The position numbers were made by a program, and so were the translations under genes. A stretch of 64,000 bases of DNA, from the IMG/VR virus record IMGVR_UViG_3300045988_098233, positions 1 through 64,000 of that record; one strand, written 5' to 3'. The notes below the pieces were generated by a model. That model saw nothing but the letters and a program-made list of their open reading frames with translations, did no database searches and was not told where the DNA came from. Below are positions 46,256 through 54,718 of this stretch, piece by piece. Position 1 is the stretch's first letter; each line of letters opens with the position of its first letter. Origin of the DNA: a virus.

Positions 46256-47419
46256 ATGAAATGCAAAAACTGTAAGCGTGTCATTGATGATGATTCTATC
46301 TTCTGCAAGTGGTGCGGTGAACGCCAGATCAGGGAGCGAAAAAAGAAGGACGAGATCAAAGTCCCCTCCCCACGTCAGTTGAAGTCCGGCAAGTGGAACA
46401 TCGAACTGCGGGCCGAAGGGCAAAGTATCACGGAAGATACCGCCGCTCTCTGCGAAGCCAAGGCCCGCGCCATCCGCGCCGGCTTTCTGGAAGCTAAAAA
46501 GGAAGCAAAATGCAGTCTCACGCTTCTTCAGGCAATCGACAGTTATTTGGAAAAAAATCAATCTTTGTCTCCATCCACGATCCGGGGATATGAGTGTATC
46601 AAAAAGAATCGCTTCCCCGGAAAGATCAATGCCAAAATACAGGATATATCAAATTGGCAGCAGGAGATCGACGAAGCCAGTGAAACCCTGTCCCCTAAAA
46701 CAGTGTATAATTCATGGGGCCTTGTTTGCACCGTGATGCGGGACAATCATATACCTCCGCCGGAAGTCCGTCTCCCTCAAAGCATAAAAAAAGACCTTCC
46801 CTGGCTGACCTACCAGCAGATCCTTGTTTTTGTGGGCGCTGTGAGCGGCAGCCGGTTTGAAGTGGGCGCGCTGCTGGCCCTTCACAGCCTCCGCCGGTCT
46901 GAAATATTCGGCCTATCTTGGGAAAACATCGACTTAAAGAAAAAGCGGATCAAAATTCAAGGCGCACGGGTCATGGATAAAAACGGAGACTTTGTGTATA
47001 AAAAGACCAACAAAAACGTTTCGTCTCAACGCACGATCCAAATTATGATCCCCGCCCTTTACGAGCTGCTTTCGCAGCGGAAAAGCGCCGGCCTTCCCAT
47101 TCTGGATTGTACTGAAAATTCTTTGCGCGGCGGCATCAACCTGATCTGCAAAAAGAATGACCTTCCTGAGTGCGGTGTTCACGGTCTCCGTCGCTCCTTT
47201 GCCTCCCTCGGTTTCCATCTTGGGCTTAGCGAATTGGAAGTGCAAGAAATCGGTGGATGGAGCGACCACAACACCGTTCATAAGATTTATCTCAAACTCG
47301 CCAGAGAGGACCGTCTCAACGCTGAAAACAAAATGGAGCAGTTTTACAAAAACCGAGGCGATGACCCTGCTCCGGACGAAGAACAGCCCCCTGACCAAAC
47401 GCCTCGCGCATCCGCCTGA
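46256..47419 (+). CDS. int: tyrosine-type site-specific integrase with N-terminal zinc ribbon
   Basis: MKCKNCKRVIDDDSIFCKWCG. C-terminal catalytic region contains ..LALHSLRRSEI.., ..HGLRRSFASL.. and ..GWSDHNTVHKIY.. (the R..HxxR..Y pattern). RBS GGGAGGTG. Confidence 0.9.
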   Translation: MKCKNCKRVIDDDSIFCKWCGERQIRERKKKDEIKVPSPRQLKSGKWNIELRAEGQSITEDTAALCEAKARAIRAGFLEAKKEAKCSLTLLQAIDSYLEKNQSLSPSTIRGYECIKKNRFPGKINAKIQDISNWQQEIDEASETLSPKTVYNSWGLVCTVMRDNHIPPPEVRLPQSIKKDLPWLTYQQILVFVGAVSGSRFEVGALLALHSLRRSEIFGLSWENIDLKKKRIKIQGARVMDKNGDFVYKKTNKNVSSQRTIQIMIPALYELLSQRKSAGLPILDCTENSLRGGINLICKKNDLPECGVHGLRRSFASLGFHLGLSELEVQEIGGWSDHNTVHKIYLKLAREDRLNAENKMEQFYKNRGDDPAPDEEQPPDQTPRASA

Positions 47420-47450
47420 CTCTCCCATGTCCCCCACCGCCAAACCTCGC

Positions 47451-47474
47451 GTTTTACGAACGATTTTACGAACG
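47451..47474 (+). repeat. tandem 12-bp repeats GTTTTACGAACG/ATTTTACGAACG (putative integrase arm-type sites, int-proximal)
   Basis: Exact reading. The same pair recurs at 47670-47693. Confidence 0.6.
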
Positions 47475-47518
47475 CCGCAAAACGCCCATTCATTTTCAAC
47501 GGTTATAGCCGTTTATTA

Positions 47519-47546
47519 GTGGGTTCGACTCCCGCCACTCGGACCA
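47519..47546 (+). other. 3' fragment of a tRNA gene (T arm, acceptor 3' strand, ACCA): att core
   Basis: GTGGG-TTCGACT-CCCGC-CACTCGG-A-CCA, with no matching 5' half upstream, about 100 nt downstream of int. Confidence 0.7.
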
Positions 47547-47547
47547 A

Positions 47548-47576
47548 CCCCACAATCCTTGTGATTGTGGGGTTTT
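47548..47576 (+). terminator. rho-independent terminator following the tRNA fragment
   Basis: 10-bp stem CCCCACAAUC/GAUUGUGGGG followed by UUUU. Confidence 0.7.
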
Positions 47577-47669
47577 CCTTATATTCCAACGGGTTCAGCC
47601 GTTTTTGGATGGTAAAAATATTTTCCATTACGTCAATAAAAATACCAAATGCAAGGAGTTTTATCTTCG

Positions 47670-47693
47670 ATTTTACGAACGGTTTTACGAACG
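47670..47693 (+). repeat. second pair of TTTTACGAACG repeats on the far side of the att core
   Basis: ATTTTACGAACG then GTTTTACGAACG, in the same orientation as 47451-47474. Confidence 0.6.
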
Positions 47694-47725
47694 AAAAACC
47701 CCCGCTTCAAAAGCGAGGGGTTTTT
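47694..47725. terminator. bidirectional terminator hairpin (A5-stem-T5)
   Basis: CCCCCGCU-UCAAA-AGCGAGGGG flanked by A and T runs. Terminates the minus-strand operon ending at 47729. Confidence 0.6.
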
Positions 47726-47728
47726 GCA

Positions 47729-48274
47729 TTATTTGGTTTGCAAGTCATCCACATAGCACCAGCTTTGGGGTGGGCGACCGATAACCCGGCCATCACAACC
47801 CATTTTGGTGTAATTGTAATAAGGGCAGGCACAGCAATCGGCATCGACTCTACATAGCGTCTTGAACTCGCTCAATTCTTTCGGCGCATCATAAATGCGC
47901 AGGTCGGAAATATGCCAGCCGTAACAACGCCCCTTATCGCCGATATAAGCTATAATTTCTGCCTGAGATAAGCACGTCGCAGGGGAAAAGGCGGCATTTG
48001 TCGGACACCATAGCCTGCCGCCATCGTATGTGATCGGGACGATCCGCTCACAGGTAAACTCGCCTATAACCTTGCCGCCGCCGTAAAACTGTGGCATTGG
48101 ATAGTCCGTCGCAATGAAGTCCTCGTGCGGATATTTTGGCAGCGTGCAATAGATATAGGCCTTAAACGGCGTTTCCAGCTTCGGCTTGGTCTTGCGGACT
48201 TCGATAGTCTTTTCGCCGGAGGCAATCTTTTGACACCACTTCGGGCGGACGCTCAACATAACAGCCTTACTCAT
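47729..48274 (-). CDS. ASCH-domain protein with C-terminal Cys-rich extension
   Basis: MSKAVMLSVRPKWCQKIASGEKTIEVRKTKP.. matches the typical ASCH N-terminus. Confidence 0.65.
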   Translation of the reverse strand: MSKAVMLSVRPKWCQKIASGEKTIEVRKTKPKLETPFKAYIYCTLPKYPHEDFIATDYPMPQFYGGGKVIGEFTCERIVPITYDGGRLWCPTNAAFSPATCLSQAEIIAYIGDKGRCYGWHISDLRIYDAPKELSEFKTLCRVDADCCACPYYNYTKMGCDGRVIGRPPQSWCYVDDLQTK

Positions 48275-48668
48275 GCTTTCTCCCCACCTTCTCCAAAAAC
48301 TCATCGATCCTGCCCTGGTCTGCCACAACAACCTCTTTCCCGATTTTCTCGGCGTAGGCCCGCTCTAACCGTGCCCCAGAACTCTCACGCCAGTCCGGCA
48401 GCAGAACCACACAGTCCGCACAGTCAATCATGGAAAAGCAGATACGCATATAATCGCCCTGCTCCATGCCGGAGGGGAGGTTCGCCGGGTTTAGGACGCA
48501 ATGTCCCATGGCAGTGAGGGCTTGCTCTGCCTTGGCAAATTTCTCCCGATAGTTCTTGTCACCGGTGATCTTCCCGGCAATATACACACGAAGGTGCGCC
48601 CCGACCTGCATATCAAACGCCCGCTTTGCGGGCCGCTGCTTGCTTACAACTTTGATGTATTCAATCAT
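48267..48668 (-). CDS. DUF4406 / nucleoside 2-deoxyribosyltransferase-like protein
   Basis: ..VYIAGKITGDKNYREKFAKAEQAL..GHCVLNPA..DCVVLLPDWRESSGARLERAYA.. Confidence 0.6.
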   Translation of the reverse strand: MIEYIKVVSKQRPAKRAFDMQVGAHLRVYIAGKITGDKNYREKFAKAEQALTAMGHCVLNPANLPSGMEQGDYMRICFSMIDCADCVVLLPDWRESSGARLERAYAEKIGKEVVVADQGRIDEFLEKVGRKHE

Positions 48669-49026
48669 CCTTACTCTCCTTTGCATCCCGCATACGCAGT
48701 TCATTGACGGCATCCACAAGCTCATTCAGTTTCCACAATATAGCTGTTTCGTCTGTGTAAATTAGTTTGTCAATCTTTGGAACTTGCACTGACTGGGGAA
48801 CTTGAACTGCCTGGGCAAAAGTATACTGGCCAATGCGTTTGTAACCCGGAAACCCTTTCTCATACTCGTAAGCTGTGATGTAATCGCCGTTGCCGTCCGT
48901 ATATAGGACGAAAGGTTCGTAGAAACCGCGCGCCTTGCACTGCTCACATTGGCAGATGGACTGGATATAACCGACCCGACCAGTAGCATCTTCAACGTAG
49001 TCCCCAACACGAAAATCATACTTCAT
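48661..49026 (-). CDS. hypothetical protein (121 aa)
   Basis: Start at MKYDFRVGDY, overlapping the upstream stop. Confidence 0.5.
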   Translation of the reverse strand: MKYDFRVGDYVEDATGRVGYIQSICQCEQCKARGFYEPFVLYTDGNGDYITAYEYEKGFPGYKRIGQYTFAQAVQVPQSVQVPKIDKLIYTDETAILWKLNELVDAVNELRMRDAKESKDD

Positions 49027-49250
49027 CACAAATGCCCCTCCCCACTCAGCAGTAAAATTATTGTATAAATGCTTGCACAAATTGCGAACGTGCCAAAGGC
49101 CCCAAACATTGTAGCGTATAAGGCGCATAGCATCGTTAATTTAGGTTTGTACTCAAGTCCTTGTTGTTTAAGCAAGTCTTTTACATAGAAAAAGATTTTA
49201 CGGAAAAGGAAAAGAAAAACAATACCAGATAGAATCGCCAGTTTAGCCAT
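49026..49250 (-). CDS. small membrane protein (74 aa, 2 TM)
   Basis: MAKLAILSGIVFLFLF... and a second hydrophobic segment. Confidence 0.45.
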   Translation of the reverse strand: MAKLAILSGIVFLFLFRKIFFYVKDLLKQQGLEYKPKLTMLCALYATMFGAFGTFAICASIYTIILLLSGEGHL

Positions 49251-49839
49251 TTTTATTTCCTGCTCCCATCTCTGGCCGCGTAAGCGGACGGTACACCGTC
49301 TGAATATCATTCTTCCATGGCGTCAGCCAGACGCACCACATCACGTCCATCAGCGGACTTCCCTTCTCTCCGGGCATCCGCTTCTTGAAAAAGAAATCCG
49401 GGCGCCACGTCAGCGGCAGAATGTAGCTGGGCGGGATTTCGTCAAACAGCTTCCGCCGGCACGTTGCGTTCCAATACTGAGACTTCAGGAGAAAAGCAAA
49501 TGGCTTGCCCAGTTCCGCTGCTCTGCGGATAAATGCCTCCGCCAGCGAGAAAGGCGGGTTCGTGATGATCCAATCCGCCGCATCAATGCTGGACTTCAAG
49601 AAGTCCGTCCCATCCAGAATGTCCGTTGTATAGACGGTTTCAAAGTAAGTTTGAAGCACACCGGCCATATCGCCCTCTCCCGTTGCCGGTTCCCACACGG
49701 ACGTTGTGCGCGGAAGATTCAAAAAGCGCATAAGTGCCACCGTCACATCCGGCGGGGTGGGATAGAAGTCTGACTGACTCCGCCCATACGCACTGTTCCC
49801 GCCAGCTATCCTGCTTGCATTCAAGCTATCCATATTCAA
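49243..49839 (-). CDS. N6-adenine DNA methyltransferase (small phage type)
   Basis: Contains DFYPTPP, EPATGEG and the catalytic NPPF (ITNPPFSLA). Confidence 0.7.
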   Translation of the reverse strand: MNMDSLNASRIAGGNSAYGRSQSDFYPTPPDVTVALMRFLNLPRTTSVWEPATGEGDMAGVLQTYFETVYTTDILDGTDFLKSSIDAADWIITNPPFSLAEAFIRRAAELGKPFAFLLKSQYWNATCRRKLFDEIPPSYILPLTWRPDFFFKKRMPGEKGSPLMDVMWCVWLTPWKNDIQTVYRPLTRPEMGAGNKNG

Positions 49840-50537
49840 CCTCCCGTAAACAAACTGATCTGCGCCGTGTATTCTGCAAAGCGCTTTTCCTGCGCCTGAA
49901 AATAGTGAGGGTCGATCTCACACCCAACAAAATCAAAGCCAAGATCATAGGCGGCTATGCGGCTGCTGCCGCTGCCTAAGTGGGTGTCCAGTATCTTGTC
50001 CCCCGGCTTTGCGTACTTCTGCAAGATCCATGTGTATAGCGCCACTGGCTTCTGCGTCGGGTGAATGCGCTTCTCGTTCAGCGACTTATTACCTTGCTGG
50101 ACTGTCCCCTCTGCAATACTCTTTCCTTGCATCATGCCGCGCCACATGAACCTGAATATATCAGTCCGAAGGTTCAAAGAGTTGAATGCGATCTCAGCCC
50201 CAGACTGATCGGCCCCGTCATTGCACTTGTCCCACACGATTGCTCCGCCGCGAGGAAGAACAAAATAGTTTGCTCCCCAGATGATCTGATTCTTGCTGAC
50301 CCGGAAAAGCTCCGCAAAGTACCGCTCATCCGCAGGGAAACGGTCAAAGCCGGTCTTTTCGTAGCCGCCATCCTTGACGTAAATCCGTGCTCCATTCTTC
50401 TGCGTTACATAGCGGCTCCGGTCCTTACCGCCATCTTCTCCGATTCCATAAGGAGGGTCTACCACAGCCAGATCAAACGAATTGTCGGCCAGCGCCCGCA
50501 TATACTCCATGCAGTCCATGTTATAGGCTACGTTCAA
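49836..50537 (-). CDS. DNA methyltransferase, N4/N6 (beta-class, DPPY)
   Basis: LAVVDPPYGI near the N-terminus, HPTQKPVALYTWIL, and FDFVGCEID at the C-terminus. Confidence 0.85.
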   Translation of the reverse strand: MNVAYNMDCMEYMRALADNSFDLAVVDPPYGIGEDGGKDRSRYVTQKNGARIYVKDGGYEKTGFDRFPADERYFAELFRVSKNQIIWGANYFVLPRGGAIVWDKCNDGADQSGAEIAFNSLNLRTDIFRFMWRGMMQGKSIAEGTVQQGNKSLNEKRIHPTQKPVALYTWILQKYAKPGDKILDTHLGSGSSRIAAYDLGFDFVGCEIDPHYFQAQEKRFAEYTAQISLFTGG

Positions 50538-50827
50538 TCCTTTTTCCCTCCCTTGATAACAGTAAACGCCCCTCGGCGCTTGACCGCCGCACGGGCCTCC
50601 TTCTGCTTCACCTGTTCCAGATACTCTTTATACTTCGCCGGTAGGCGAAATTTTTCACACGATTTTCGCCATTGGCTCCGCTTCGTATAATCCCCATCGA
50701 ACCACTTGCACTCATCACAGCAATAGCAGACGTCCTCCACGTCCTTGATCTCTCCCGGCGTGAAGTATGCGCTGAATAACTCGCAGTTATAGAGGCAGTT
50801 GTTGCAGACACACCCATAGCAGCTCAT
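50534..50827 (-). CDS. Cys-rich hypothetical protein (97 aa)
   Basis: ORF coupled to its neighbours, with multiple CxxC motifs. Confidence 0.5.
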   Translation of the reverse strand: MSCYGCVCNNCLYNCELFSAYFTPGEIKDVEDVCYCCDECKWFDGDYTKRSQWRKSCEKFRLPAKYKEYLEQVKQKEARAAVKRRGAFTVIKGGKKD

Positions 50828-51039
50828 TTCGCATCTCCATCAGCCGGAACGTTCTTGTCTGCAAAATAAAGATGTCTGCCACCGATTTCCCTGATAAGCA
50901 TATCAAGCTGCCAGTGCATAAAGACTTGTTTGTGAACCGTCCTTCCATGCCAGAAAAAATACTGCATCTCTGGGGAATGCAGAAAGTCCTCAATGCTCTT
51001 GACCTGCGCCCCCTGCCTGTATTTCCGCGTGTATGCCAT
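50824..51039 (-). CDS. hypothetical protein (71 aa)
   Basis: ORF coupled to its neighbours. Confidence 0.5.
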   Translation of the reverse strand: MAYTRKYRQGAQVKSIEDFLHSPEMQYFFWHGRTVHKQVFMHWQLDMLIREIGGRHLYFADKNVPADGDAK

Positions 51040-51060
51040 GTCTCTCGACCTCCTACTGCT

Positions 51061-51408
51061 TTACGTCTCAAGGCCAATTTCCGTGATCGTCATTCCGATG
51101 ACAATTTCTGTTTTATCGAAAATCACATCTTCGCACGTTCCACCAAACCGCAAAACTCCATTTACCTCAACGAAGCCTTCCGGGTCCCACTTGATAGACT
51201 TGACAATACCAATCCTTTTAGAAGTACCGTCTGCCCGAAACTGAATGACCGGGACGTTCGTATCCCCCTTGCAGGAATTTTTAATAGCATCAATCGTATA
51301 AACAACACCGTTCGCATCCCGAAAGCGTGGGGCGTGGTCGCAACCACCTCTATCGTAATTCTCAGAAACAGGAAATCTCGCGTGAAATTCAACTGGTGTA
51401 CATCTCAT
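51061..51408 (-). CDS. hypothetical protein (115 aa)
   Basis: First ORF of the minus-strand block. Confidence 0.5.
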   Translation of the reverse strand: MRCTPVEFHARFPVSENYDRGGCDHAPRFRDANGVVYTIDAIKNSCKGDTNVPVIQFRADGTSKRIGIVKSIKWDPEGFVEVNGVLRFGGTCEDVIFDKTEIVIGMTITEIGLET

Positions 51409-51758
51409 AAATCATTCCTCCTATCTTTAGCATAGCAACCCCCTCCAATAGGGTTTTTGCACACCCGCTTCACCTACCGCCTACCAGCACGTCACCTACC
51501 GACCGCCTGCGCCCCGCCCGCACCGCGCAACCTAAGCACGTATTCCCCACATAAGCGAAGCGTTTTTATAAAAATTTTTTTTGACCCCTTTTTGACTTTT
51601 CCGTTTTTTGCCCCCGGTTTTCTAAACTACCCCCCCCTTAAAGGGGTAGGAAAGGCGACGGGGATGAGAACGTGGGTGGAGGGGGAAGAGTTGTGGAGAG
51701 ATTCTGCGCCGATCCGGTGTCCAGGTCTGTAAACCACCCCCCACCCAGCCGGGGCCGT

Positions 51759-51782
51759 GGTCAGCTGGTCAGCTGGTCAGCC
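51759..51782 (+). repeat. 3 tandem 8-bp units GGTCAGCT GGTCAGCT GGTCAGCC
   Basis: Direct reading. Confidence 0.8.
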
Positions 51783-51802
51783 GGTGCCATTGGAGCGGAG
51801 GC

Positions 51803-51822
51803 GGGGCCGCTGGGCGGGTCTC
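51803..51822 (+). repeat. 20-bp direct repeat GGGGCCGCTGGGCGGGTCTC, copy 1
   Basis: Identical copy at 51964-51983. Confidence 0.8.
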
Positions 51823-51853
51823 GGAGAGGGTCAAAACCTGTTGCAAATGCCTG

Positions 51854-51888
51854 AACTGTTGCCATAATAAGCAATTAGGGCAACAGTT
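51854..51888. repeat. 10-bp inverted repeat AACTGTTGCC/GGCAACAGTT around a 15-nt AT-rich spacer
   Basis: Direct reading. Confidence 0.75.
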
Positions 51889-51963
51889 ACCGCCTTTTTG
51901 GGTGGTAAATGCAACAACAGCCCATGCCGCCATTGTGCAACCTGACGAAAGGCGGCGGGAGCC

Positions 51964-51983
51964 GGGGCCGCTGGGCGGGTCTC
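51964..51983 (+). repeat. 20-bp direct repeat GGGGCCGCTGGGCGGGTCTC, copy 2
   Basis: Identical to 51803-51822. Confidence 0.8.
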
Positions 51984-52388
51984 TGGTCTTGGTGCCGGTG
52001 GTGGTGGCCGTCCTCAGATGGTCGGCGGTGGCCGTGGAGGTCGGGCCGATGCAATCAGCCGGAACAGACCCCCGGCGGTGACTCCTCCACCCCTTCCCCT
52101 TTTTCCGTTGTCCATTGCTTCCGGGCCTGCGGGAGTGCTCCGCGCCTTTCTTCATTTGGGTAAAGCGTCCGGGGGTTCTTGGGGGTACGTTTTAGGGTAC
52201 TCTAATCAAGCGCGCCCGCAAGAAACGCGCGCGCACGCATAGGGGCTAAAAATAGGCCACTGGCGTGGCTCAGGATGTAAGCGGCTGCGCGGCGTGGGTC
52301 TGTGGTGCGGTGCTGGGCTGTATCGCTCAGAGGGCACGAGAAAAGCCCGCCGGGGCGGTTCCCGGTGGGCTGGTGGTGGCGGGTGGTA

Positions 52389-52751
52389 TTAGGTTAGAAA
52401 CAGTTCGCCATTGATCTCCAGGCTCACGGCCTCTTGTTTCATCTCGTGTTTGATCTTCCGGCAGATGGCGACGATTTCGGCGCCGTGGCGCTCGATGTCC
52501 TCCGCTGCGGCGTTGCTGTAAACGATGGTGACGGCCTCGCCCACGAGTCCGGCGGACTGGCTCACCCAGTAGCCGCGGGCCTCGGTGGCGGTGGCTCCGC
52601 CAAACATGGCGGACAGCTTCGCGGCGACTTCCTCCACCTGGCGCCGGTTGTCGGTGGGGTGGTCGGTGTCGGTGGTGCTCGGCACATAGATAGCAACGCG
52701 GGAGTCCAGGCGGACGACGCCGGGGATCGTGTCAAAAAAACTCTTTTTCAT
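52389..52751 (-). CDS. hypothetical protein (120 aa)
   Basis: Clean ORF, ..VAIYVPSTTDTDHP..FGGATATEARGYW... Confidence 0.55.
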   Translation of the reverse strand: MKKSFFDTIPGVVRLDSRVAIYVPSTTDTDHPTDNRRQVEEVAAKLSAMFGGATATEARGYWVSQSAGLVGEAVTIVYSNAAAEDIERHGAEIVAICRKIKHEMKQEAVSLEINGELFLT

Positions 52752-52770
52752 TTTGTGTTCCTCCTCTTCC

Positions 52771-52947
52771 TTATGCGGTCGCCCGTGCGCGGCGGTTGAT
52801 CTCTGCGAGTGCTGCCCTTACTGCGGTTTCATCCTCGGCGTATGCCGTGCCGGAGATCGTCCCGCAGGCCCTCCGGTATGCTGCCCGGTCATCAGCCCAG
52901 GCGATCAGCTCGCGGAGCTTGTCCATGCTCATTTTGCTGTAATCCAT
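52771..52947 (-). CDS. small hypothetical protein (58 aa from MDYSKMSM)
   Basis: GGAAAGGA RBS. Confidence 0.4.
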   Translation of the reverse strand: MDYSKMSMDKLRELIAWADDRAAYRRACGTISGTAYAEDETAVRAALAEINRRARATA

Positions 52948-53033
52948 TTTGTGATCCTTTCCGGGGCGGTGCCCCTCTGGCCCGGTGGGCCTCCGTGGTG
53001 TTGTCCTGTTCTGTATGATCCCATTATATATGA

Positions 53034-53110
53034 GTAAACCCCATATTTCAATAGGCACTTTCGCCAAAAGTAAACCCCATATTTTGTATAATATTTATGG
53101 GGTAAACCCC
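53034..53110 (+). promoter_or_regulatory. three direct repeats GTAAACCCC (53034, 53070, 53102): operator- or iteron-like sites in a divergent control region
   Basis: Direct reading. The middle copy is part of the inverted repeat CCCCATA..TATGGGG, which spans an extended -10 (TGTATAAT, 53085-53092). Confidence 0.5.
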
Positions 53111-53139
53111 TTGTTTTTCTGTTTCCGGCCCCCTATAAT
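53111..53139 (+). promoter_or_regulatory. promoter TTGTTT-17-TATAAT for the rightward gene block
   Basis: Hexamers at 53111-53116 and 53134-53139. Confidence 0.45.
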
Positions 53140-53208
53140 AATAGATGTCAAGAGGATAGCACACCATCACCGGACCGGCGGCCGCTCCGCCGGAGAAAGG
53201 ACAGCCCC

Positions 53209-53391
53209 ATGGCCAATTACTATATCAGAGATGCGGCCCATGCCGCCGCGATCCTCGACGAGTTCCGCCGCTGCGGTGACTGCGGCAACTGCGGACTAAA
53301 CACCCCGGAGGGCTGGCGCTGCTCCCACATGGCGGAGCAGGCCGAAAAATACTTGAGAGCCCATCGAGAGGAGGCCCGGGACAATGGCTAA
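53209..53391 (+). CDS. hypothetical Cys-rich protein (60 aa)
   Basis: GAAAGGA RBS. Confidence 0.5.
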   Translation: MANYYIRDAAHAAAILDEFRRCGDCGNCGLNTPEGWRCSHMAEQAEKYLRAHREEARDNG

Positions 53392-53517
53392 TTTGTTTGA
53401 GCGCTACGAGGCCCACCCCAACGAGGCGCGGATCACGGTAAACGGTGCCGCCCTGCTGAGTATCTGACAGCACCAGCAGAACAGCGACCCGGCTACACCG
53501 GGAGAAAGGACGAAATC

Positions 53518-53763
53518 ATGTTTACGATTTATTACAACAATGGATTGTTTGACGAGTGCGACGGCACTTTAGACGAGGCAAAAGCCATGGCCGACGAGTG
53601 CGCCGGCTATACGCAATGCGATATCTCAATCGAGGACGAAAACCGCGAAGAAGTGGCCCGGCGTAGATGGTACGGGGTCCCGTTCGACCCCTCCGAAACG
53701 GAAACCGACGAGGCGGACGTGATCCAGTTCGGCAACTTCGGATTTTTCGACCGCTGGGAGTAA
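53518..53763 (+). CDS. hypothetical acidic protein (81 aa)
   Basis: GAAAGGA RBS. Confidence 0.55.
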   Translation: MFTIYYNNGLFDECDGTLDEAKAMADECAGYTQCDISIEDENREEVARRRWYGVPFDPSETETDEADVIQFGNFGFFDRWE

Positions 53764-53821
53764 CAGAACAGCGGCCCAGGATCACCCCGGGCCGCTGAAC
53801 AGAAAAACGGAGGCTTGCGAA

Positions 53822-54373
53822 ATGGCAAGAGTCGAGATCACTTTAAAATGTGAGCACTGCGGGAAAGAGTTTGAACACATCCACATGTGCCGCAATTCCA
53901 CCGAGGCGGGATCTTATGAAGTCTGGGCGCGGGAAAACCTCGCCACCTGCCCCGCCTGCTACGCAGAACAGAAGAACGCGAAACGAGGCGCGGAGCTTTC
54001 CAGCTACATTTCCAGCTTCAGCGACCGGCACCCGCTGCCGGAAATAACCGGCGTTTCAGAAAAGCAAATTGCTTATGCTTCCAGCCTGCGGGAAAAATTC
54101 ATCTGCGATGAAATGTTGAAAACCCGGCTTGATGTAAACCGCTTTTTTGAAATCGCGGACAAGATCAAGCCGGAAAACTACGACGAAGCCGGGCGCGAAC
54201 TCATGCACAAGGCCGCAGCCGATGCCGGGAAGCCCTTTGAAATCTGGTTTACAGCTTACCGGGCGGAACGTCTCCGGCGCTATTTCGGCCTGATTTATGC
54301 CGCCGACGCTGCCAAAATCGAAACCATTTTCACAGAGAACAGCGCATCTAAAATTATTGACGCACTGAGATAG
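53822..54373 (+). CDS. hypothetical zinc-ribbon protein (183 aa)
   Basis: CEHCG..CPAC at the N-terminus, with a GGAGG RBS. Confidence 0.6.
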   Translation: MARVEITLKCEHCGKEFEHIHMCRNSTEAGSYEVWARENLATCPACYAEQKNAKRGAELSSYISSFSDRHPLPEITGVSEKQIAYASSLREKFICDEMLKTRLDVNRFFEIADKIKPENYDEAGRELMHKAAADAGKPFEIWFTAYRAERLRRYFGLIYAADAAKIETIFTENSASKIIDALR

Positions 54374-54390
54374 AACAGGAGGAAAAACAC

Positions 54391-54696
54391 ATGATCGCCC
54401 ATCTTTACAAGATCCCTTCAACCTTTCGGAACGTTCCCGACGCGGTGAAGGTCCGCGCGGTTCCCTTTGAAAATTTCCCCGGCACCTGGCTACATGCAAC
54501 GCTGAATTTGCCCGAAGGCCTCCGCGTGGCCGACTCAAAATACGGAGAAGGGGCATTTATCACGGAGTCCGGCGAGGTTATCGGCGAGGCATACGCCGAC
54601 CCTGAACAGATCACCGGCAACGAGCTTAAAGGCCGCGTTACTGTGCGGGACTCCGCCGGAAATTTTCTTATTGATACCGTTGTCATCTGGCAATGA
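54391..54696 (+). CDS. hypothetical protein (101 aa)
   Basis: AGGAGG RBS. Confidence 0.55.
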   Translation: MIAHLYKIPSTFRNVPDAVKVRAVPFENFPGTWLHATLNLPEGLRVADSKYGEGAFITESGEVIGEAYADPEQITGNELKGRVTVRDSAGNFLIDTVVIWQ

Positions 54697-54718
54697 TCCA
54701 TGAAAGCGAGGTAAAACC

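Larger units (their letters stand above)
51430..52388. other. about 1-kb repeat-rich non-coding region (origin-like or regulatory)
   Basis: No credible ORF. Contains an AT-rich tract next to GC-rich repeats, listed as the sub-features that follow. Confidence 0.5.

Noticed and set aside
47519-47546. The att fragment could be the 3' end of tmRNA (ssrA) or selC.
   Set aside because: It ends CACTCGG-A-CCA after a standard TTCGACT T loop. It lacks the ...CCACCA ending of the tmRNA 3' sequences as I recall them (assignment from memory). Only 28 nt are present, so the tRNA identity cannot be assigned from this window.
51769-52155. 128-aa ORF and other short ORFs inside the 51.4-52.4 kb gap.
   Set aside because: Arg/Gly/Pro/Thr-rich composition, no RBS, and overlap with DNA-level repeats. 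The region is treated as non-coding.
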